A DNA stretch of 64,000 nt, from NCBI GenBank assembly GCA_965202585.1, contig OZ241829.1:65968001-66032000 (forward strand). The letters run 5' to 3'. This document shows positions 39,201 through 53,906 of the stretch, in pieces (position 1 is the first letter of the stretch; each line of letters starts with the position of its first letter). The notes under the pieces are model-generated. The model did not search any database, was not told the origin of the DNA, and saw nothing but the letters and a program-made list of their open reading frames with translations. This DNA is from Thalia democratica. Lineage: Eukaryota. The position numbers and the translations under genes were made by a program.

Positions 39201-42200
39201 TTTTGTGATTTCATAGTTCAGAATACTTCCTCAGTTTTCGATATCAGTCGCTTTCTTTTTGGGAATTGTATCTTTTTAATGGTGTCATATTAACGGTGTT
39301 GTTTTTGAGAAAAACTCAAATTATATTCATTCTATATTTCAGAAAACTCGAAAATGTAAATAATCAAGAATAAGTTTTTGAATAATTCAGTTGTTAAACT
39401 GGTTTTTGCATTTTTAAACATTTGTCTGTCTTTTTTAGTCAACTGTTTTTGATTATACATACACGACACGGCATAATTACATTTTATAAACATTAGTTCT
39501 GTAATTAAAAAAAAATCAAAATGGAAGAATAAATCTGTGTCAACAAGGTATTTGAAATTTAGCATGATTTTTTTAGTTAAGAAAACATAATAACACTTAC
39601 AGAAGTTTTAAAAGTAATTTAATGATTAGAAATTAATCATTTTGAACGAATTTGTATTATTGCCATTGTGTACTAATGGTTTAATAAATTGTGTGTACAA
39701 TCTGGCTCAAGTAAAACACCTTAATACTAACAGCCTGAAGGAATTGAGCAGTGCTTTTTGGAATCAGTTATATTCATGAATGAAGACGATGAAGCACTTT
39801 CGGACGCATTCGAGATAATTTACCCTGAAAATGTTGTACCAGGATGCGAAAGAGCGTCGCTGTACATTTACGGTAGGATTGGTTAAATACAGAACTTTCC
39901 ATTAACTTTTAGACAAATAACTTATTTAAATAACGTCTAAAACATTAAAATAATATATTATTTAGTATAACCTATTATAAAAGCTAATTGTTTATAGTTT
40001 TAAATATATAAACCAAATTTAACCATTATAACTATCCTGAAATAGGTTAATAAAAAATACATTAAAAACATATAAATCAAATTACCACACTAGATAGTTT
40101 TGTATAATTATTAATTTTTTGGTTGTAAACAAAAAACTTTTGTTCGCTTTTTCGATTAGTTTTTCTCAATAAAGCAGCAATATTTTACTGAGTACAGCTT
40201 GGTACTTTTTATCTATCTTGCTCAATATTTCATTTTAACGTTTGTTATTGCTTGTAATCAAGTACTCTCAAATCTACTTACAGGTTTGCCACTTTATCTG
40301 ATAATATAGAAAAACCTGGAATTTTGAAGAAAAATCACCAAAAAACCTGGAATTTTAAACTATTTTTACATGTTATGTCGAAAAATCTTAATATAACGCA
40401 AAAAAATTATCATATAGAATTTTTTTTGGTCATCATCAAAATTTAAAACACATTTAAAGTAGCTTAACCGTATGTTTTCAATGTTTTTATATATTTAACG
40501 CAGTTTTTACCTTAAATTCTATTTAAAACTAAAAATAGACCGAAACATGTGTACTTTTCAAAACTTGGAGGAAATTCTGAAAACCTGGATATTTTTTTTT
40601 AAATGACTGATAGCTCTGTACTAACTAACTAATAGCTCATCAAGATCCGCCTTAACTGCGTTGTTAAACTAAGATGGTTTTTATATCGTTAGTGATTGTT
40701 TCAAAATTTTTCTTTAAGAAAAAGCCGTTTGTTCATTGATAATGTCAATAAATTATAAAAACTTTGTGAGTAAATAGTTTGGTTTGTATTTTTTAGACAG
40801 TTTATTTCTGAGCTCTAATACTTTTTTGATTGAACAAAATTATTAAACTGTCTGAAATTATAATATCTGGAATTTGTTCTGATCCCGGATTTACGGCTTA
40901 CTTGAATTTCTACATCTATTTTAAGGTATTATTGGTTTAGTTAAATACATTTTTGTGATTTAATAGTTCAGAATACTTCCTCAGTTTTCGATATCAGTCG
41001 CTTTCTTTTTGGGACTTGTATCTTTTTTATGGTGTCATATTAACGGTGTTGTTTTTGAGAAAAACTCAAATTATTTTCATTCTATATTTCAGAAAACTCG
41101 AAAATGTAAATAATCAAGAATAAGTTTTTGAATAATTCAGTAGTTAAACTGGTTTTTGCATTTTTAAACATTTGTCTGTCTTTTTTAGTCAACTGTAATT
41201 GATTAGACATACACGACACGGCATAATTACATTTTATAAACATTAGTTCTGTAATTAAAAAAAAATCAAAATGGAAGAATAAATCTGTGTCAACAAGGTT
41301 TTTGAAATTTAGCATGATTTTTTTAGTTAAGAAAACATAATAACACGTACAGAAGTTTTAAAAGTAATTTAATGATTAGAAATTAATCATTTTGAACGAA
41401 TTTGTATTATTGCCATTGTGTACTAATGGTTTAATAAATTGTGTGTACAATCTGGCTCAAGTAAAACACCTTAATACTAACAGCCTGAAGGAATTGAGCA
41501 GTGCTTTTTGGAATCAGTTATATTCATGAATGAAGACGATGAAGCACTTTCGGACGCATTCGAGATAATTTACCCTGAAAAAGTTGTACCAGGACGCGAA
41601 AGAGCGTCGCTGTACATTTACGGTAGGATTGGTTAAATACAGAACTTTCCATTAAATTTTAGACAAATAACTTATTTAAATAACGTTTAAAACATTAAAA
41701 TAGTATATTATTTAGTATAACCTATTATAAAAGCTAATTGTTTATAGTTTTAAATATATAAAACAAATTTAACCATTATAACTATCCTGAAATAGGTTAA
41801 TAAAAAATACATTAAAAACATATAAATCAAATTACCACACTAGATAGTTTTGTATAATTATTAATTTTTTGGTTGTAAACAAAAAACTTTTGTTCGCTTT
41901 TTCGATTAGTTTTTCTCAATAAAGCAGCAATATTTTACTGAGTACAGCTTGGTACTTTTTATCTATCTTGCTCAATATTTCATTTTAACGTTTGTTATTG
42001 CTTGTAATCAAGTACTCTCAAATCTACTTACAGGTTTGCCACTTTATCTGATAATATAGAAAAACCTGGAATTTTGAAGAAAAATCACCAAAAAACCTGG
42101 AATTTTAAACAATTTTTACATGTTATGTCGAAAAATCTTGATATAACGCAAAAAAATTATCATATAGAATTTTTTTTGGTCATCATCAAAATTAAAAACA

Positions 42201-45200
42201 CATTTAAAGTAGCTTAACCGTATGTTTTCAATGTTTTTATATATTTAACGCAGTTTTTACCTTAAATTCTACTTAAAACTAAAAATAGACCGAAACATGT
42301 GTACTTTTCAAAACTTGGAGGAAATTCTGAAAACCTGGATATTTTTTTTTTAAATGACTGATAGCTCTGTACTAACTAACTAATAGCTCATCAAGATCCG
42401 CCTTAACTGCGTTGTTAAACTAATATGGTTTTTATATCGTTAGTGATTGTTTCAAAATTTTTCTTTAAGAAAAAGCCGTTTGTTCATTGATAATGTCAAT
42501 AAATTATAAAAACTTTGTGAGTAAATAGTTTGGTTTGTATTTTATTAGACAGTTTATTTCTGAGCTCTAATACTTTTTTGATTGAACAAAATTATTAAAC
42601 TGTCTGAAATTATAATATCTGGAATTTGTTCTGACCCCGGATTTACGGCTTACTTGAATTTCTACATCTATTTTAAGGTATTATTGGTTTAGTTAAATAC
42701 ATTTATGTGATGTCATAGTTCAGAATACTTCCTCAGTTTTCGATATCAGTCGCTTTCTTTTTGGGACTTGTATCTTTTTTATGGTGTCATATTAACGGTG
42801 TTGTTTTGAGAAAAACTCAAATTATTTTCATTCTATATTTCAGAAAACTCGAATATGTAAATAATCAAGAATAAGTTTTTGAATAATTCAGTAGTTAAAC
42901 TGGTTTTTGCATTTTTAAACATTTGTCTGTCTTTTTTAGTCAACTGTAATTGATTAGACATACACGACACGGCATAATTACATTTATAAACATTAGTTCT
43001 GTAATTTAAAAAAAATCAAAATGGAAGAATAAATCTGTGTCAACAAGGTATTTGAAATTTAGCATGATTTTTTTAGTTTAGAAAACATAATAACACGTAC
43101 AGAAATTTTAAAAGTAATTTAATGATTAGAAATTAATCATTTTGAACGAATTTGTAATCTTGCCTTTGTATACTAATGGTTTAATAAATTGTGTGTACAA
43201 TCTGGCTCAAGTAAAACACCTTAATACTAACAGCCTGAAGGAATTGAGCAGTGCTTTTTGGAATCAGTTATATTCATGAATGAAGACGATGAAGCACTTT
43301 CGGACGCATTCGAGATAATTTACCCTGAAAATGTTGTACCAGGATGCGAAAGAGTGTCACTGTACATTTACGGTAGGATTGGTTAAATACAGAACTTTCC
43401 ATTAATTTTTAGACAAATAACTTATTTAAAAAAATATTATATAGTGTGGTCTATTACAAAAGAAAATTATTTTATAATTTTAAATATATAAACCAAATTT
43501 AACCATTATAACTATCCTGAGATAAGTTAATAAAAAATACATTAAAAACATATAAATCAAATTACCACACTAGATAGTTTTGTACAATTACTTATTTTTT
43601 GGTTGTAAACTAAAAACTTTTGTTCGCTTTTTCGATTAGTTTTTCTCAATAAAGCAGCAATATTTTACTGAGTACAGCTTGGTACTTTTTATCTATCTTG
43701 CTCAATATTTCATTTTAACGTTTGTTATTGCTTGTAATCAAGTACTCTCAAATCTACTTACAGGTTTGCCACTTTATCTGATAATATAGAAATACCTGGA
43801 ATTTTGAAGAAAAATCAACAAAAAACCTGGAATTTTAAACTATTTTTACATGTTATGTCGAAAAATCTTGATATAACGCAAAAAAAATTATCATATAGAA
43901 TTTTTTTTGGTCATCATCAAAATTAAAAACACATTTAAAGTAGCTTAACCGTATGTTTTCAATGTTTTTATATATTTAACGCAGTTTTTACCATAAACTC
44001 AATTTTAAACTAAAAATAGACCGAAACATGTGTACTTTTCAAAACTTGGAGGAAATTCTGAATACCTGGATATTTTTTTTTTAAATGACCGATAGCTCTG
44101 TACTAACTAACTATTAGCTCATTCAGATCCACCTTAACTGCGTTGTTAAACTAAGATGGTTTTTATATCGTTAGTGATTGTTTCAAAATTTTTTCTTTAA
44201 GTTTAAATAAGAAAAAGCCGTTTGTTCATTGATAATGTCAATAAATGATGAAAACTTTGTGAGTAAATAGTTTGGTTTGTATTTTATTAGACAGTTTATT
44301 TCTGAGCTCTAAAGCTTTTTTGATTGAACAAAATTATTAAACTGTCTGAAATTATAATATCTGGAATTTGTTCTGACCCCGGATTTACGGCTTACTTGAA
44401 TTTCTACATCTATTTTAAGGTATTATTGGTTTAGTTAAATACATTTTTGTGATGTCATAGTTCAGAATACTTCCTCAGTTTTCGATATCAGTCGCTTTCT
44501 TTTTGGGACTTGTATCTTTTTTATGGTGTCATATTAACTGTGTTGTTTTTGAGAAAAACTCAAATTATTTTCATTCTATATTTCAGAAAACTCGAAAATG
44601 TAAATAATCAAGAATAAGTTTTTGAATAATTCATTAGTTAAACTCGTTTTTGCATTTTTAAACATTTGTCTGTCTTTTTTAGTCAACTGTAATTGATTAT
44701 ACATACACGACACGGCATAATTACATTTTATAAACATTAGTTCTGTAATTAAAAAAAAATCAAAATGGAAGAATAAATCTGTGTCAACAAGGTATTTGAA
44801 ATTTAGCTTGATTTTTTTAGTTTAGAAAACATAATAACACGTACAGAAGTTTTAAAAGTAATTTAATGATTAGAAATTAATCATTTTGAACGAATTTGTA
44901 TTATTGCCATTGTGTACTAATGATTTAATAAATTGTGTGTACAATCTGGCTCAAGTAAAACACCTTAATACTAACAGCCTGAAGGAATTGAGCAGTGCTT
45001 TTTGGAATCAGTTATATTCATGAATGAAGACGATGAAGCACTTTCGGACGCATTCGAGATAATTTACCCTGAAAATGTTGTACCAGGATGCGAAAGAGCG
45101 TCGCTGTACATTTACGGTAGGATTGGTTAAATACAGAACTTTCCATTAACTTTTAGACAAATTACTTATTTAAATAACGTTTAAAACATTAAAATAATAT

Positions 45201-46290
45201 ATTATTTAGTATAACCTATTACAAAAGATATTTGTTTTAGTTTTAAATATATAAACCAAAGCTAACCATTATAACTATTCTGAAATAAGTTAATAACGAA
45301 TACATTAAAAACATATAAATTAAATTACCACACTAGATTGTTTTGTATAGTTATATATTTTTTGGTTGTTTACGAAAAACTTTTGTTCGCTTTTTTGATT
45401 AGCTTTGCTCAATAAAACAGCAGTATTTTATTGATTACAGCTTGATACTTTTTATCTACCTTACTCTTTATTTCTTTTTAACATTTGTTATTGCTTGTAA
45501 TCAAGTACTCTCAAATCTACTTACAGAGTTGCCATTTTACCTGGAATTTTGAATAAAAATCACTAAAAAACCTGAAATTTTAATTAATTTTTACATGTTA
45601 AGTAGAAATATTTATCATATGAATAATGTTTTGGTCATCATCAAATTTTTTTATTCATAAACACATTTAAAGTAGTTTTATAGTATATTTTCAATGTTTT
45701 TATACTATTTAACACAGTGTTTTACCTTAAACTCAATTTAAAACTAAAGATAGACCGAAACATGTGTACTTTTCAAAACTTGGAGGAAATTCTGAAAACC
45801 TGGATATATTATTTTAAATGACTGATAGCTCTGTACTAACTAACTAACTATTAGCTCATCAAGATCCGCCTTTAATGCGTTGTTAAACTAAGATGGTTTT
45901 TATATCGTTAGTGATTGTTTCAAAATTTATTCTTTAAGAAAAAGCCGTTTGCTCATTAATAATGTCAATAAATGATGAAAACTTTGTGAGTAAATAGTTT
46001 GGTTTGTATTTTATTAGACAGTTTATTTCTGAGCTCTAAAGCTTTTTTGACGGAACAAAATTATTTAACTGTCTGAAAGAATAATAACAGAAATTTGTTC
46101 TGATCCCGGATTTACGGCTTACTTGAATTTCTTTATCTAATTTAAGGTATCATTGGTTTAGTTAAATACATTTTTGTGACGTCATAATTCAGAATACTTC
46201 TTCAGTTTTTGATATCTATAGTTTTCTTTTTTGGTTTTAAATCTTTTCTAAGATGTCGTTTTAATGGTGTTGATTTTCAGAAAAAAATTA
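33300..46290 (+). repeat. Macrosatellite array, ~13 kb, 8 core-containing units of 1.2-1.75 kb
   Basis: Core cctgaaggaattgag at 33566, 35243, 36464, 38005, 39734, 41484, 43234, 44978 (spacings 1677, 1221, 1541, 1729, 1750, 1750, 1744). The short spacings reflect internal deletions near 36100 and 36840. Confidence 0.95.
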
Positions 46291-49200
46291 TCTTCTTTTT
46301 CAGGATGAATGTGAATTTTTATTCAATATCCTTATTTTTCTACGTTTAATTTTCGATAATATATCCCTTTTTCTACAGTATTTGTTTTTAACGTAGTAAT
46401 CTAGTTCAAGTTTTTTATTATAGAACCAACTAACACGTTTGATGTACTTTTAGTTTATATTAGTGATGAAAGAAACTTTTGTTACTCAAGTTTTTGTAGT
46501 TTTATATGGTTGTCTGAACTCAGTGAATACCGCTTGTTCTGTATTTATTTCCTTTCAACAACAACAAATAATATTTCTCTATTGTATCTGGTTAGAATCT
46601 TTTACAGAACCTTGAAATTGATCTTTATTTGACTTTTGTTCTTCTTAAAATTATTTTATATAGTTGTAAATTTATGCAAAGCTGGTTTGTGTTGACCTAT
46701 CAATTTTACATTTTTGTACGTTTCTTCATTAGCAAACCAAAATGTATTTTTAATTAAGTTAATAGTTGTTATGTTTTGCGATAAAAATCCACGAATTTCA
46801 AAAATGAATTTTGTTATGTTATTTAAATAAGTTTATAATTTAGCTTTGGTTGCAGTGCAGTTTGTACTTTGCTTTATTTTAAATAAGATTTTTTTTTGAC
46901 ATTGAACAAACAATATTTAATTCTAGTAAGTACGTCTCTTTTTTAAACAGTGTTCTAAGTAGACTAATTGATTCATTATAATAATATTCAATATAATTCA
47001 ATATGATAATAAGTTTTTATACTATTTAACACATTATCTTACCTTAACTTTAACTTTAAATTAAAAATAGACCCAAAAAAGTGTACTTTTAAAAACCAGG
47101 AAAAAATTTGCCAACAATATTTGGCAACCCTATTTTATGCTATAAACTAGTGTTTTAAATATAAAACTAATATTTTTGATTAAAGGGAAAGAAAATCAAA
47201 CAAATTGAAACTGTAAAGTAAGTTGAACTAAAACTAGATAACACTTAACTAATTTTAAGTTGAATTTCTCGAATATGTGATTGCTTTTGTGTTAACAATA
47301 AAAGTATATATTTCGAAACGCTACTTTTAATTTTGATGCTTTCAAATTTCTTAGTTTTTACTTATATAATTAAATAACCAACATATCAAGATAGCAAGTT
47401 AATCTCAAAATAAACGTTCTCTAAGGTAAATCTATGGTAAATTTTTACAGCTTCAGCTTAAAAGTTCAACGTTAGTAAAATAGAAATAATAATTTAATAT
47501 AAAAGCAAGTACTAACTAAATTTTTGAATAAAAGCAAAACTAAATGAACACTTAATTGAATGAAAATTTTAAACCATTTGTATTTTTGCTGTCATTTTTA
47601 AATTTTGTGATGCGCTAAGTTGCAAACTAAGATTTTTAAAGAGTTTCTAACCTATAACCGTTCATAAAATTAGTGTTTGACAAAAGTGTGCACATTGAGC
47701 AGTAAACTTTGAGAAACCAACTTTAAACTACTTTATTTTTGTTTAATTTTGTATCAAACCGTTTCTGAAATTATAAAATTACTGAAGTATTTCTAGAGTA
47801 TCGAGTTCTTAATTTGCTAAACCTAAATTCTTCGTATATTTTTTAGCTTTAAAATTGATATCAAAAGTAAAAGAACAAAAACGTTATGTGTTATTATTAA
47901 AATTTTATTTATAAATCTTTTGTTATCCGATTTTTATTTATTTTTCATTCCAGTTTTGTACCTCAAGTCGTGCTTGTGGCCTCCTTTTCCTGACGCATCT
48001 TGTTAGTGTTATTTTACCCATAAAAACAGAACATACTATTAACAGACGAACAATTTTATAATTTTACGAAATAGAAACTAAAACTATTTATTATATTTAA
48101 AATGTGTAATTTCACAGGTGATCATGAAGAATGACCGAGAAGACGAAAAAAGGACCCGAGAACCAGAGGCGAAGTAATTAAGAGATACTGAAAATTTGTT
48201 CCTACGTCATAGTGTTTCTTACTTTAATAGGTGAATATTGTTTGTTTTCATTTATAAATTATAGTTATAGTTGTTAAAATTAGTTGTATTTTAATATTTA
48301 AGCATACATTTCAATGTAATTCAGTATAATACAAGTCAAAAGGTAAAATACATTTTAAAGTAAAGTTTTTTACCATTATTACGTCATTGAATTATTTGGA
48401 ATGAAGCAGGACCTGACCACAAGGATAGCCTAAACCAGAGGTCGCAGTGAAATTAAAAAAAAAAAACGTTGTCGCGGTCCACACTTAATTAAATAATTTT
48501 AAAAACAAAAATGGGATAAAATATACTATGATAAAGCACTCGTAAATAGTTTTATTATGAACATTCAAGTTCTTTTATTTAAAGTAGTGCTTAATGTTAT
48601 CCGCCATTGAAACTGTCGCTCTACAAACGAAATTTGATTAAATGTTTAGTTATACATAAAAGTTAAGTGAGCTATCAATTAATTAGCTTCACATGGCGTC
48701 AGGTACAAATATGTTGATACTCCTTAAACTTAATTCCTTAATACTCAATAAAAATTAAAAACCGCAGTCATATTATTCCTGGGCAAAATTATGAGTTAAC
48801 AGTAGCTTTAAAAGGTCCTAACAGTTCAAAAGAAAAACTTATGGAGTATTTGTTACATGTCGTTTTGTTGTAGTAGAAAAATGTAAAAGTTTAAATTACT
48901 GTAAACATACATATACACAACTGAATATTTATTTATGTTATTTCGAACATAACCTTTAGAGTTGTACAACTCAGTACTGTTGACTAAAAAATTTATTTAA
49001 GCTTTTTATTTTATAGGTGTTTCGTACTTTTATAAACTAAAAATACATACTCAGCTTGAATACATTTAATTATATCATTAGTTGTTTAAAAACACAGTAG
49101 TAATAAAATTAAAGTTTGCTTTACATTGTTAAGCTTATTAACTGTACCACAAATTTCAAGTAATTTATTTTTTGATACGCAAAGTTTATGGTAATTTTTA

Positions 49201-49936
49201 GCTTTGATGATGTTGTTAAAAATATTTTTTTGTTGAGAGTTACTTTTATTATTTACTTTAAACTTAGAGATTAAAACAAATACAATAATCAAACTTACTA
49301 TCGAATTTGTAACAACTCAATGAGTAAAAAATGTATTATGTTTATAAAGTTTTCAAAATAGTATAGTTATTAATAAAACTTTAAGTACTTTAAAATAAAA
49401 TATTAAAGTCAAAAACAAAAATAGTGTTGAAGTAAACTTATAAACTGCAGTAATTGTTATAAACGAAATTACAAAATGTTAAAAGTTAAATGTTATTAAA
49501 CTTATATTAATACTTGATCTTTGAAAAATAATAGTTTATCTTAACTTAGATTTAAAAGTTGTGCAATATTTATATTCTATACAACATTAATTAAACAATT
49601 TAAAATTTGAGTTTTTATTCTACACAGTGTTTAATGCGTAATGCAATGATCACGAACTAAAAACTGTTTAAAGTAAGACTGACAAAGCTATATATACTAA
49701 ATTATATAAGTCTGTTAAATTGACAAAAATTTCAAAGTCTTAATAACGAATTGAATAACTACTACAGAGCTATCATTCAAGTTATTATGAGTGTTAAATT
49801 AATTTTTTATACAAAAAACTTATTGGATACAGCTTACAATGAAATGAAAATACAAAATACCAATACGATATAAACACAAGCATAAATGCAACAAACTTAG
49901 AAAATGGTAAAATATGCAATTACGGACACGAAAATG

Positions 49937-51418
49937 TTATGATTTTAGATATTTAGCGAAGTATCTACATTTACCAATTAACTCAGTTCTGGAGTTGAGA
50001 GGAGTTTTTGTCAGCGATCGCTATATCCAATTTTTCAATATTATACAGAGTGCATATTTTGCTCGGTTTGCGTTGATTAATTTTATGCATTATCTTCCAT
50101 TTAACATTGTTCTTAATCATATGTTCATTGAACTTAGCGGCGTGAAAAAATGAGCTGAATTTTGTGGATTCTTTCAGATTTTAATTTCTGCAGCTATGTA
50201 TATTTTCGTTGTATCTTGTTTTAAAGTTTTTTGCAGTTTCCAAAATAATGCGGTTCTTTGTTATCATATGAGACAGTAGCTTTGTATATGAAACGTCTGG
50301 AAAGGCATTTACCTTCCACTGGGCATGAGATTCTAATTCTACAATTGAAACTTGTTTCATTTTTCTTTTTGTTTTTACTTTCCTCTATGATTTTAGACTT
50401 GATTTGCTGATTTCGAATTCTATGTTGGGCATACATGAATAACCTATTTTGATTGCCTCTCTGTTGAGAATTTTATATATATATTTGTTTTTAGGGAAAT
50501 GCTTATCTACTGATTTAATTTTTTTTTTCCCTATTTTGGTCTTTAATGTTGCTCTAAAAGGAAGGTTGTAGTATAACACTTGTTTTTTTTTTTTCTATCG
50601 CCCCTACCATCATTATGATTTGAGTATTCTAAAACTTTATTAAAACCACTGTTTTTTAACGCTTTCTCGTATGATTTCTTGTAATTATCAGACATAGTCT
50701 TGTTTTTTGATAAATCAAATAGTATATTTTGTTTCATATTAGTTGGCTCTCTTTTGACGCTTGGTTAGATTTTATATTTATGTTTTTTTTCTTTAGCGTT
50801 TGGTTTTCTGTGGGGATGATATATCATTCTGTAGATCAAGTAATACATCCAGGAAGTCTATGTTACTGCTGTCTAATTCAATCTTATTTTTTAAGTTTTG
50901 TTCAGAGAAAACCGCTCTAATTTCTTTTCTTGTCTTTTCTATGACTCTTTTTGATCGCTTTTTAATTTTAGAAATTCCATCATCGCGCTACTACTCGAAG
51001 TTATCTTTAGATAAAAATTAGTTTAGGTTATTCAATAGGAACAAAACGATTAACTTGCAAACTTCAGCGCCATGGTAGCTTCCCATCGGAACGTCAAATA
51101 GGTCTTCTTTTGCATTCTTTTTGATCCAAACTTCGTTGACATGCCTGAGAACTGTCTTGCACGAGTGTAGTATAGTATATATGTCTGAGTATGTTATTTT
51201 CATTTATTTTTTTGCAAGTTCGATCGATTTTTTTAGTAACAGATTATTCGAGATACTTGGGTAGGATTCTTCTATATTAAATTTTATAAACGTGTAACTA
51301 CTCTTGTTGTTGATTTTATTAAACCATTTTATAACATTATCAATTTTTATCAATTGCTGTAACTTAGTTTTTTTCTTTAACTTTAATCTAAATTCTTAAC
51401 AATAATTTAATATTATAA
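49937..51418 (-). mobile_element. Decayed Penelope-like retroelement (duplicate copy)
   Basis: Same as 8179-9660 at +41,758; ORF fragments 50221-51203 are identical. Confidence 0.9.
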
Positions 51419-52190
51419 ACAATCAAATATTAAGTTAAACGCTTGTGCAGCAGCAAACAATTAATGTATATGTTATAATACACAACATAAAGGTAATTTT
51501 AAAGTAAATAAGATAACTGGTCACTCTTCTTAACATTCTTAAAACTATTGAAAAAATCAAAGACCTTATGTAAACACAAAAATTTTTTCTTCAATTAAAA
51601 TATATTGCATTTGGTTTAAATTGTATATTTGTACAAAGTGTTTATCTCCTTCTTTTTATTCAAAATTTCATTGCTTGCCTAAGCTTACCGATTTTCTGTA
51701 TAAGATTCTATTTTTGTTTTGTAGTAACAACTGCCAGAAGTTTTTAAGCAATGGACATTAATTAAAACTGAGGATGTTTCTTAAAATCATGTCCTTCATA
51801 CTAACTTTAAACCTCATAACAGTTTATACTGAAAAAAACTCTATTTATTAAAAATAAGTAAAGTATTTCAACTAAAACATTAAAAGACTTTAAATTAAAA
51901 CAGTAATGATAAAACAGAAGCGTTTAAATTTGTGTTATTTTTATCACACATGTTTTAATGAATTCACCTTGTTTATATCATAGTTTTAATTATAACTGTA
52001 TAAAACTATTCGTTTAACTTACAAAAATAACTATTATATACAATAACTTTTACTAACAACTTAAAAAGGACTTGGTAATTTGAAACCCTAGGTGATTTAA
52101 AATTTTTACAATTATTTTTGTGCAAAAAAAAAACGATGCTCACCTTTTATAACTTAAGACGAACTTTCTATAAAAAATAAATAGTCATTC

Positions 52191-53162
52191 TTATGGAAAA
52201 AATTAGAAAATTTTGACTCTCTTGAGGTAGCTTACTTAGTAATTTTTGATAAAAAAAAAGACCTTTCGTCTTTCGACGAAAAGCCTTTAGAAAAAAAAAA
52301 GGGAGAAAAAGAAAAAAAAAATGGCGCAAAAAAGCCCCCGACGAGCCGCGGCCGCGGCTCGTCGGGGGCTTTTTTGCGCCATTTTTTTTTTCTTTTTCTC
52401 CCTTTTTCTCTACCAACCGTTCCTTTAACCTCACATTTTTTTCTCAATCCCCAATTTTTGAAAAAGCAATCCTCCCCCGCTTACTTATAATTGTTTTTTC
52501 GAAGCTCCTGCTTCACTTTCAAAATATTTCGCTTCTACTCACCTCTAACTTTTATAGCGACCATGAGAATAAGCCGCTTTTTCACATGTACTATTTTGAG
52601 TGCTTCGCCTTCGCATTTTCTAATATTTCGCCTACTCCGCTTCAGTCGCCCCGGCCGTAGCTTCACCTCTAGAAATGCTTTAGTTAGTATCACTCAAACG
52701 TACTTTTAACTGGGCTGAATCATGTCAGAGCTCGTTCATATACTGCTACGCCTTCTGAGAGAGCGGCTTCTTTGCTCAACGGCTTGCTTAGGACGGCACG
52801 TGCCTTGCTCTCGCTTTACCTTCCCTTGGTGCTTATTCAATCGGCTCTGTTTAATCGCCTAGCTGCGGTCTTTCGACTCCAGCTCGAGTCGACGGCCACG
52901 TCGACTCAAGCTATATGCCTGCAAAAACACTAACACACAACCCGCCTTCACCACGCCTACCCGCTTAGACGTCTAGGGATTTATTCATTACAGCTTTACA
53001 TTGTAAAATCCCTAAGCTGACTAGGTCGTCAGCTCGCTTTCTGGCACACTACAAGTGCCTCTCTTAATAGTGTAACATTAAGCATACGCGTATGATGCCG
53101 AAATGTACGTGTTGAAAAATTTGGCTACCCCAAGAGAGTCAAAATTTTTCTTTCTTTCATAA
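52191..53162. mobile_element. Inverted-repeat-bounded insert (duplicate copy)
   Basis: Same as 10433-11404 at +41,758. Confidence 0.55.
52296..52407. repeat. Perfect 112-bp palindrome (duplicate copy)
   Basis: Same as 10538-10649 at +41,758. Confidence 0.98.
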
Positions 53163-53906
53163 CATTACATTTTTACAATATTACTTAACTTATATGTGAT
53201 GCACTTTATATTATCATGTTAACCAACTACACTATACACATCTATAAGGACACTAAGAGGTACGCATTTGCGTAAAGTACGCACTTACATTAATAATGAG
53301 TTAATTTATTAAGTATAAATGTGAAAGTTTTTGCCTTTTTCAAACTTAAATAATGTGTAACTATATATTATCTTTACTTTATAGCCAAGTACAGTTTTTT
53401 TTTCAGTTAAACAGCTATGACGTTTTAGTTGTAACAAATATGGTTCATTTGCATTGCTAGCTGTTTTAAATATTACAAAGTTACATAAATAAGAAGTTTT
53501 TTTTTTAATTAAAACTGAACAAAGATTTTTTATCACATATACATGTTCCTCCTTATAACAAACTTAATAACTACATGTGCTTTTATATAACTAACAAGTT
53601 TCTAATATAAAATTTTGTTTTATTAATATTTTATTATCTATTAATTAAAAATTAATATTTTATTATCTATATGATTTGATTCTTTTAATTTATTTTAATA
53701 ACATTTTTGAATGTGTGATTATTTTTGAAATTATTATTGTCACTCAGAAAATTTTAAAAAATAAATGCTAAAGCTTGTTAGCATTTTCATATTAATTAAC
53801 TTAAATTTCATAACTTAAAACTTATAAATTTTCTTATTAATAATTAATTACAAAACTTGTAAACTGACTATTTCAATTAAGAAAACATAACCAAACCAGT
53901 TTATAA

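Noticed and set aside
39332-41315. 77-aa minus-strand ORFs repeated in satellite units (and 37492-37683)
   Set aside because: Low-complexity AT-rich frames, broken by indels in other units.
33300-46290. CRISPR-like array
   Set aside because: Units are kilobase-sized homologous repeats with no unique spacers, in eukaryotic DNA with no cas genes.
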